Part shown: positions 15,034-21,306 of the stretch, piece by piece | Numbering within the stretch: position 1 is the stretch's first letter | How the letters are laid out: the number at the start of each line of letters is the position of its first letter | Assembly: GCA_037442105.1 (NCBI GenBank) | Contig: JBBIQV010000003.1 | Coordinates: 125,670-146,975 of the forward strand | DNA: 21,306 nt | Direction of reading: 5' to 3' | DNA from: Nitrospiraceae bacterium | Lineage (GTDB): Bacteria; Nitrospirota; Nitrospiria; Nitrospirales; Nitrospiraceae | The notes under the pieces: generated by a model | Told to the model about the DNA's origin: nothing | The model's input: the letters and a program-made list of their open reading frames with translations, nothing else | Databases searched by the model: none | Translations under genes and position numbers: made by a program

Positions 15034-15076
15034 CATGTGTCCTCTTCTTCCGAGGAGGAGCAGGTCAGCCGACGAG

Positions 15077-15105
15077 TTGACACAACCGCTCGCAAAAAGT
15101 AGCCT
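15077..15105 (+). promoter_or_regulatory. Candidate sigma70 promoter of the urease operon
   Basis: TTGACA-N17-TAGCCT, about 40 nt upstream of the ureA start. Confidence 0.6.
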
Positions 15106-15147
15106 GAGCCGGCCCCGTTGCCAAGGGGACGAAAGGAGGAAAGCAGC

Positions 15148-15450
15148 GTGCATTTGATGCCGAGGGGACAGGAGAAGCTCCTCATCTATGTCGCCGCGAA
15201 TCTGGCGAAGGAGCGGAAGGCGCGCGGATTGAAGCTGAATCATCCCGAAGCGATGGCGTATCTCACCGCCGCGATTCTGGAGGGGATACGCGATGGTCGC
15301 TCAGTATCGGATCTGATGAGCTACGGCGCGACGCTGCTGAAGAAGAACGAGGTGATGCCTGGCGTAGCGGAGATGATTCACGAGTTGCAAGTCGAAGGCA
15401 CGTTTCCTGATGGCACAAAGCTGGTCACGGTTCATGAACCGATTCGATAG
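15148..15450 (+). CDS. ureA: Urease gamma subunit (100 aa)
   Basis: SD AAAGGAGG before GTG 15148; [11 protein letters not shown]...[10 protein letters not shown]...[19 protein letters not shown]. Confidence 0.97.
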   Translation: MHLMPRGQEKLLIYVAANLAKERKARGLKLNHPEAMAYLTAAILEGIRDGRSVSDLMSYGATLLKKNEVMPGVAEMIHELQVEGTFPDGTKLVTVHEPIR

Positions 15451-15452
15451 GT

Positions 15453-15929
15453 GTGTCTGTGAAAAAGAAGACCAAAGCCAAGCGGAAGGCGGCGAAGCGG
15501 AAGAGAGTGAGTCGTGGCGCCACGAAGGGGGCGATTCAGCCGACAGCCATTGTTCCCGGCGAAGTGATTCTTGGCGAAGGCGACATTGTCGCGTTCAATG
15601 GCCGACAGACGGCGGAGCTGATTGTTGCCAATACGGGAGACCGTCCCATTCAGGTCGGCTCGCATTGTCACTTCTTCGAGGCGAATCGCGCGCTACGGTT
15701 CGATCGGGAGAAGGCCTACGGCTTCCGTCTGCAAATACCGGCCGGGACGGCAGTGCGCTTTGAACCTGGCGAAGAAAAGCGCGTGACGCTGGTGGCGATC
15801 GGCGGAAATCGCGTGGTGTACGGCATCAATGGTCTCACGCATGGCAGGTTGGACGATCCGACTGTGAAGCAACAGGCGCTGGCCAAGGTCAAAGAGTTGG
15901 GCTTACTGACAAAGGGGGCTGGATCATGA
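15453..15929 (+). CDS. ureB: Urease beta subunit with a basic N-terminal extension
   Basis: IVPGEV...[46 protein letters not shown]. Confidence 0.97.
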   Translation: MSVKKKTKAKRKAAKRKRVSRGATKGAIQPTAIVPGEVILGEGDIVAFNGRQTAELIVANTGDRPIQVGSHCHFFEANRALRFDREKAYGFRLQIPAGTAVRFEPGEEKRVTLVAIGGNRVVYGINGLTHGRLDDPTVKQQALAKVKELGLLTKGAGS

Positions 15930-17653
15930 AGCTCACTCGCCGCCAGTATAACGATCTCTACGGCCCGACGACCGGCGATCGAGTTCGCCTGGCCGATACG
16001 GACCTCTTGATCGAAATTACCCGCGACCTGACGGTGCCCGGCGAAGAAGCCAAATTCGGCGGGGGCAAAGTCATCCGCGACGGCATGGGGCAATCGCCAT
16101 CGGCCACCAGAGCGAAGGGCGTGCTCGATCTCGTCATCACCAATGCGATCATCATCGATTGGTGGGGCGTCGTGAAGGCGGATATCGGCGTTCGCGACGG
16201 CCGCATCGCCGGCATCGGCAAGGCCGGCAATCCTGATCTGATGGACGGCGTGACAAAAGGCATGGAGATCGGTGCTGGGACGGAGGTGTTATCTGCCGAG
16301 GGCAAGATCATCACGGCGGGCGGGATCGATACGCACATCCACTTCATCTGTCCGCAGATCATCACCGAGGCCTTGGCCAACGGATTGACGACTCTGATCG
16401 GCGGCGGGACCGGTCCGGCAACCGGGACCAATGCGACCACCTGCACCCCGGGCGCGTGGAATATCTCTCGTATGTTGGAAGCGGCGGACGGGTTTCCGAT
16501 CAACCTCGGGTTCCTGGGCAAGGGGAACTCCTCGCTGCCGGAGGGATTGCGCGAGCAGGTCGAAGCCGGTGCGATCGGCCTCAAGCTGCATGAAGATTGG
16601 GGCACGACGCCGGCGGCGATCGCGACCTGTCTCGATGTGGCGGAAGAATACGATGTGCAGGTGGCGATCCATACGGACACGCTGAACGAAGCCGGGTTTG
16701 TCGAGGATACGATCAAGGCCTTCAAAGGACGGACGATCCATTCGTTCCACACGGAAGGCGCCGGCGGCGGCCATGCGCCGGATATCATCAAGGTCTGCGG
16801 CGAGCCGAACGTGCTGCCGTCGTCCACGAATCCGACGATGCCGTTCACGGTGAACACGATGGACGAGCATCTCGATATGCTGATGGTCTGTCACCATCTG
16901 AACCCGCGCGTGCCGGAGGATATCGCATTTGCAGAGTCGCGCATCCGGCGAGAGACGATCGCTGCTGAAGATATCCTGCACGACATGGGGGCGATCAGCA
17001 TCATGTCGTCGGACTCTCAGGCGATGGGTCGGGTGGGAGAAGTGATTATCCGCACGTGGCAGACGGCGCACAAGATGAAAGTGCAGCGCGGCACGCTCTC
17101 CCAGACGGCCGCTGAAAAAATGGCCGGGTCCAACGACAATTTCCGCGCGCGGCGCTATGTGGCCAAGTACACGATCAACCCGGCCATCACCCATGGGATC
17201 GCCCACGAAGTGGGTTCTGTCGAAGTGGGCAAGCTCGCGGATCTCGTGCTGTGGAAACCCGCTTTCTTCGGTGTGAAACCGGAGATTGTGCTGAAGGGTG
17301 GGTTTCCCATGTCGGCCGCGATGGGCGATCCGAATGCGTCCATCCCCACGCCGCAGCCGGTCTTGACCAGGCCGATGTTCGGCAGTTTCGGCCGCGCGCC
17401 CTTTACGACGAGCCTCACCTTTGTCTCGAACGCGGCGGTCAGTGCCGACGTTCACAAGAAACTCGGTTTGCAGAAGAAGGTTGCCGCGGTGAAGAAGTGC
17501 CGCGGGATCGGCAAGCGTGATCTCAAGCTGAACGACGCGCTGCCTCGTATCGAAGTGGATCCGGAGACCTACGTCGTCAAGGCCGATGGACAGATCTTAC
17601 AGTGTGACCCCATGGCAGTGCTGCCGATGACTCAGCGGTATTTCTTGTTTTAA
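15926..17653 (+). CDS. ureC: Urease alpha (catalytic) subunit
   Basis: Nickel-site motifs intact: [46 protein letters not shown]; ends QRYFLF. Confidence 0.99.
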   Translation: MKLTRRQYNDLYGPTTGDRVRLADTDLLIEITRDLTVPGEEAKFGGGKVIRDGMGQSPSATRAKGVLDLVITNAIIIDWWGVVKADIGVRDGRIAGIGKAGNPDLMDGVTKGMEIGAGTEVLSAEGKIITAGGIDTHIHFICPQIITEALANGLTTLIGGGTGPATGTNATTCTPGAWNISRMLEAADGFPINLGFLGKGNSSLPEGLREQVEAGAIGLKLHEDWGTTPAAIATCLDVAEEYDVQVAIHTDTLNEAGFVEDTIKAFKGRTIHSFHTEGAGGGHAPDIIKVCGEPNVLPSSTNPTMPFTVNTMDEHLDMLMVCHHLNPRVPEDIAFAESRIRRETIAAEDILHDMGAISIMSSDSQAMGRVGEVIIRTWQTAHKMKVQRGTLSQTAAEKMAGSNDNFRARRYVAKYTINPAITHGIAHEVGSVEVGKLADLVLWKPAFFGVKPEIVLKGGFPMSAAMGDPNASIPTPQPVLTRPMFGSFGRAPFTTSLTFVSNAAVSADVHKKLGLQKKVAAVKKCRGIGKRDLKLNDALPRIEVDPETYVVKADGQILQCDPMAVLPMTQRYFLF

Positions 17654-17656
17654 GAA

Positions 17657-17682
17657 GGCGAGGGGCACGAGGGCCTCTCGCC
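17657..17682 (+). other. Intercistronic stem-loop between ureC and ureF
   Basis: GGCGAGGGGC-acgagg-GCCTCTCGCC (10-bp stem including one G-U pair), no U-tract. Confidence 0.55.
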
Positions 17683-17692
17683 AGGAATGTGC

Positions 17693-18379
17693 ATGAATAC
17701 AATTTCACTTTTGATCGGGCTTCGGTACGTTGATAGCTTCTTCCCTTCTGGCGGCTACGCGTTTTCTTCCGGCCTCGAAGCTGCGGCTCAGGATCACGCT
17801 GTTCGGAATGCGGAGGATCTCTCGCGCTATGTCTTGGACCTGCTCACGAATGGGCTGGGTAGGCGAGAGGCCGTGGCCGTCGGCCTGGCTCACGAAGCGG
17901 TAATAAGCGACAATCTGGACATTGCTCACGCAGCCGATGCCGCGCTGGAGGCCATGAAACTGGATCGCGAATCCCGCGCAGCGAGTCGCCAGATGGGGCG
18001 ACAAGTGATCCGGCTCGCCGTCGAACAACCGCATCGTCATCCCATACTCGCTGACTTCCATACAATAGTGGAAGCCGGCCGCAGTCCCGGCCATCTACCG
18101 GTCAGCCTGGGGTTGGTTCTTGCGGCAGCCGGTTGGACCAAAGAAGCGGTCATCGCCGCCTACTTGTACCAGGCCTCTGTGGGGTTCATCTCCGCCGCCA
18201 TGAAGTTGTTGCCGATCGGACAGCGGGAAGGCCAACGATTGTTGGGCGAATGGTTGTCAACTATTCAATTAGTGAGTGGACAAGCGGCAGCAGAACGGCA
18301 GATGAGTAGTTGGTCGCCTCTGCAGGACATCTATGCCATGCGCCATAGTCGGTTGGAGTCGCGGTTGTTCCGATCGTAG
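17693..18379 (+). CDS. ureF: Urease accessory protein UreF
   Basis: DSFFPSGGYAFSSGLE, ASRQMGR, SAAMKLLPIGQREGQ, C-terminal MRHSRLESRLFRS. ATG 17693 has better spacing to AGGA than 17687. Confidence 0.95.
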   Translation: MNTISLLIGLRYVDSFFPSGGYAFSSGLEAAAQDHAVRNAEDLSRYVLDLLTNGLGRREAVAVGLAHEAVISDNLDIAHAADAALEAMKLDRESRAASRQMGRQVIRLAVEQPHRHPILADFHTIVEAGRSPGHLPVSLGLVLAAAGWTKEAVIAAYLYQASVGFISAAMKLLPIGQREGQRLLGEWLSTIQLVSGQAAAERQMSSWSPLQDIYAMRHSRLESRLFRS

Positions 18380-18498
18380 CAGATAGCGAATAGCTAGCAG
18401 CGGACTGCTCTGAGAATAGCGAGTAGCAGGTAGCAAGAACTCTGAGCTATTCGCTGTTTGCTATGAGCTACTCGCTCTCGGAGGAGCTATTCGCTGCT
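18378..18498. repeat. Heptamer-period fold-back element D
   Basis: AGC at 18378, 18385, 18392, 18399 and 18418, 18425, 18432; GCT at 18446, 18453, 18460, 18467, 18474 and 18486, 18493. AGCGAGTAGC pairs with GCTACTCGCT; AGCGAATAGCT pairs with AGCTATTCGCT. Confidence 0.85.
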
Positions 18499-18514
18499 CC
18501 CTGGAGACTTTTTC

Positions 18515-19177
18515 ATGCACGACCATCATCATGGCGGCGGGAGACCGACGCAGGCGCGGGCCAAGCAGATTCCAGTAATCGGCATCGGCGGACCGGTGGG
18601 GTCCGGTAAGACAGCATTGGTTGAGGCCCTCTGCCGGCGCCTCCGCGATCGCTATAGTTTGGCCGTCGTCACCAACGATATCTTTACGAAGGAAGATGCG
18701 GAATTCCTGACTCGTCGTGGGGCGCTCCCACAGGACCGGATACTCGGTGTCGAAACCGGAGGGTGTCCCCACACAGCGATTCGAGAGGACGCCTCGCATA
18801 ACCAAGAAGCCCTGGATGATTTACTCAAGCGCCATCCGGATATTGATTTGATGTTTGTCGAGAGTGGAGGGGACAATTTGGCTGCCACGTTCAGTCCGGA
18901 GCTTGTCGATAAAGTGATCTATGTGATCGATGTGGCCGCCGGCGACAAGATACCGCGCAAAGGCGGCCCCGGCATCACGCGTTCCGATCTGCTGGTCATC
19001 AACAAGATCGACCTTGCCCTACATGTAGGCGCCGACCTCTCGGTCATGGAGCGAGACAGCCGCCGCATGCGAGGCGAGTTGCCGTTCATCTTTACCAATC
19101 TTCTCACAGGACAGGGGCTCGAACAGGTGATCGCGTGGGTCGAGCAACGGCTTCCGGCACGTCAGCCGCAAGGGTGA
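18515..19177 (+). CDS. ureG: Urease accessory GTPase UreG
   Basis: [11 protein letters not shown] (P-loop), [52 protein letters not shown]. Confidence 0.98.
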   Translation: MHDHHHGGGRPTQARAKQIPVIGIGGPVGSGKTALVEALCRRLRDRYSLAVVTNDIFTKEDAEFLTRRGALPQDRILGVETGGCPHTAIREDASHNQEALDDLLKRHPDIDLMFVESGGDNLAATFSPELVDKVIYVIDVAAGDKIPRKGGPGITRSDLLVINKIDLALHVGADLSVMERDSRRMRGELPFIFTNLLTGQGLEQVIAWVEQRLPARQPQG

Positions 19178-20046
19178 CGGATGGAGTGCTCGCACAGTCC
19201 GGCGCTCTGACTGCCGTCGGACGAGCCGGCCATCTGAACGTGGCGTTTGCCCGTGACGGGCGGACGACCGTCCTTTCCCACGCGCACTGCACCAGCCCCT
19301 GGCATTGGTTCCCGCCGACCTATCGCGATGAGACCGGCTGCGCCTATGCGTTCTTGGTGAATCCGTCCGGCGGTTTGGTCGGGGGCGATCGGCTCTCGGT
19401 CGAAATGGCCATCGGTCCCCGCGCTCACGCGGTCGTCGCGACGCCCTCTGCGACCCGGGTCTATCGCAGTCACGGCGAACCCGCCGTGCAGGACATTCAT
19501 CTGTCGGTCGGTCCCGGCGGGATTCTCGAATGGCTGCCGGAAGTCGTGATTCCCTTTGCCGGATCGCGCTATGAACAGCGCATTCGCGTGAACTTGGCTC
19601 CCGGCGCGACGATCGTCCTGTGGGATGCGATCGTCTCCGGACGCGTGGCTCGTGGCGAACGATGGGCCTTCGCCAGCCTGGAAAACGAAATTCGGGTTGT
19701 GACGGCGTGCGGCGATTCGCTGCTGGAGCGGTACACCCTCACTCCCGGCTCAACACCTGACGGTGTTGGGCTGGCGAGGGACTGGGATTATGTCGCGTCA
19801 CTCTACCTGATTGGCGATGCGTTCAACGCGGAGGTCTGGAAACGGCTGGAAGACGGCTTGGCTGCAATTCTGGATGAGCGGCCGGGTCTTGTGCTGGGTG
19901 GAGTTTCCATGACGGCAGCTCCGGGTCTGGCCTTGAAGGTGCTGGCCCGATCCGCTCCAGACCTGAGTGCGATCTTGGAGGCAATGTGGGGCACTGTCCG
20001 AGCGCACTTGTGGGGCTTGCCGGCGCCGGCCTTGCGGCGTTATTGA
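19174..20046 (+). CDS. ureD: Urease accessory protein UreD/UreH
   Basis: [50 protein letters not shown]-terminal LRRY. GTG 19174 overlaps the ureG stop (GTGA); exact start uncertain. Confidence 0.94.
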   Translation: MTDGVLAQSGALTAVGRAGHLNVAFARDGRTTVLSHAHCTSPWHWFPPTYRDETGCAYAFLVNPSGGLVGGDRLSVEMAIGPRAHAVVATPSATRVYRSHGEPAVQDIHLSVGPGGILEWLPEVVIPFAGSRYEQRIRVNLAPGATIVLWDAIVSGRVARGERWAFASLENEIRVVTACGDSLLERYTLTPGSTPDGVGLARDWDYVASLYLIGDAFNAEVWKRLEDGLAAILDERPGLVLGGVSMTAAPGLALKVLARSAPDLSAILEAMWGTVRAHLWGLPAPALRRY

Positions 20047-20085
20047 GGGGCTCGGAGAGGATTCTCGGCGGGGAATGCCGACCCG

Positions 20086-21063
20086 TTAGTGCGCGGATTT
20101 CTGTAGGGGCGTGGCCGGCTTCCGACTCTTCGGCTTCGGCGGTTCAGCCTCGCGCTCGTCGAGTCGGCGTTGGAGCGCGCGCACTTCTTCTTTCAAGGCC
20201 TCCAGTTCCATATCTTTCCTGATGACGAGTTCTTTCACGGAGCGGAGTTCTTCGGACATTGTGGCTTCCGTCCCTTTCGAGCTTGCTGCGCTATTGGCCC
20301 GGAGGCTGGTGTGGGAGCCTTGGTCGGTTTCGGGCGCGCGGTCTGGATCCGGGGCTTGAGCTGGTGCCGGCTGCGGAACCGAGAGTTTTGCCAACAATTC
20401 ATAGTCGATGACGATAGTCGCCAGAGGAGGTTCACTGGATGACGCTGGCTGCTCGTAGATGCTCGATCTCTTCGCAGCTTCGGGGACAAACAGCACCTGC
20501 CGTTGATTCAACCCCGTGGGATCAGGAAGCTGCCGGCCAGGTTTGGAACCGGCCATGAGCCTTTCTGCGTTATAGCGAAAGTGGGTCAATGTGAAATGAA
20601 GCGACCGGCCATGTGTGTAAAGGAAACCGCCGGTCGTTTCGCTTCCTGCAGCCGTGTTGTGAAAGACGCGGAACCCAACACGCTGGTCCGATGTTGCCTT
20701 GTAGAGAGCCATGCTCAGTAAGGGACTTAAGAACTCGGCATCGGCATCAGAAAAGGCGTGAGCCGGTGACGGGTCACCCGCGATCACGGTCTGGAGCAGT
20801 CTCTGTTGGTCCTGAACCCGCACGCCGTGCAGTATCCGGGCGATCACGGCAGGACCCAGCGAAATCGGATGGGTCGTCTGAAAGGACGGATCAGGGATCT
20901 CTTCAAGATACACAGATCCTAGAAGATTTTCGTGAATTACCGTCAGGTGCCTGGGCATCGAGCTGCAGGCGATCAGCATCGTGCACATCATGTACGCGAC
21001 AGTCATCGCCTGCACTGATCTCACCAACCGCGTTTTGTTCTGATGACTGGTTGGGGGCAGCAT
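20086..21063 (-). CDS. Putative lipoprotein with a C-terminal coiled coil
   Basis: Hydrophobic stretch ending in lipobox-like LIAC; Pro/Ala-rich linker; EELRSVKELVIRKDMELEALKEEVRALQRRL heptad pattern; basic tail. Start codon uncertain. Confidence 0.75.
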   Translation of the reverse strand: MLPPTSHQNKTRLVRSVQAMTVAYMMCTMLIACSSMPRHLTVIHENLLGSVYLEEIPDPSFQTTHPISLGPAVIARILHGVRVQDQQRLLQTVIAGDPSPAHAFSDADAEFLSPLLSMALYKATSDQRVGFRVFHNTAAGSETTGGFLYTHGRSLHFTLTHFRYNAERLMAGSKPGRQLPDPTGLNQRQVLFVPEAAKRSSIYEQPASSSEPPLATIVIDYELLAKLSVPQPAPAQAPDPDRAPETDQGSHTSLRANSAASSKGTEATMSEELRSVKELVIRKDMELEALKEEVRALQRRLDEREAEPPKPKSRKPATPLQKSAH

Positions 21064-21158
21064 GTTATTTTGTCGTCGTTGTGTAGGATTTCCTTATGTG
21101 TCGGCTGAGTCTAGCATAAGTGGGCCGGCAGAAAAATCGATCGGGGAGGGCGATAAAA

Positions 21159-21188
21159 TTGACAATGTGGGGTGAGCGCTGGTAGGAT
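21159..21188 (+). promoter_or_regulatory. Candidate sigma70 promoter
   Basis: TTGACA-N18-TAGGAT with an extended -10 TG. Confidence 0.6.
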
Positions 21189-21217
21189 TTTTTCGCTTTC
21201 ACAAAAATGGATCTCCG

Positions 21218-21306
21218 ATGGACCGCTGGCGCGTTTTGTTAGCAGGGCTGCTGATTCTGTTGTTCCTGGGGTTGAGCTTCAATGCATACGCCTGCCTCGT
21301 GCCGGT
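21218..21306 (+). CDS. 5' end of a secreted or membrane hypothetical protein (runs off the window)
   Basis: MDRWRVLLAGLLILLFLGLSFNAYACLVP: signal-peptide-like with an AYA site, downstream of a good promoter. Confidence 0.6.
   Translation, partial: MDRWRVLLAGLLILLFLGLSFNAYACLVP

Noticed and set aside
15034..15147. Riboswitch (guanidine or nickel/cobalt) or sigma54 promoter upstream of urease
   Set aside because: The predicted leader is only about 35 nt with a 4-bp stem, and I could not see riboswitch consensus motifs or a convincing TGGCAC-N5-TTGC element.
15958..17455. Minus-strand ORFs 15958-16857 and 16289-17455
   Set aside because: Antisense shadows of ureC.
17693..18379. ureF looks more AT-rich at its ends than ureC, suggesting separate origin
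   Set aside because: Not quantified, and lower codon bias is expected for weakly expressed accessory genes.
5544..18498. Heptamer arrays as CRISPR arrays or intrinsic terminators
   Set aside because: There is no repeat-spacer alternation and no cas gene; the stems lack U-tracts and lie between genes that appear co-transcribed.

Overview
GC-rich bacterial chromosomal window; gene content and sequence style suggest Nitrospira (inference). From left to right: a two-subunit biotin-dependent pyruvate/2-oxoglutarate-type carboxylase (large subunit cut by the window edge and absent from the ORF track); a secreted IPT/TIG-like protein; an orphan PstS-fold binding protein; an FmdB-type zinc ribbon protein; two small ORFs; an EamA transporter; a hypothetical protein; a membrane fatty acid desaturase; a hemE-hemH-hemY operon; two convergent hypothetical genes; mazG; a ~500-bp internally deleted IS256-family element; a ureABCFGD operon with no ureE or urea transporter; a putative lipoprotein; and the start of a secreted protein. 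The most unusual signals are non-coding. (1) Four intergenic fold-back elements are built from 7-nt-period units, and two of them bracket a tiny Cys/His protein gene like a cassette. (2) A DnaA-box trio with DARS-like geometry, plus Fis-like and NrdR-like sites, lies between two convergent genes. (3) The IS256-derived miniature element has ~47-bp imperfect terminal inverted repeats and sits directly upstream of urease. All calls were made by eye from the sequence; no searches or folding programs were run.
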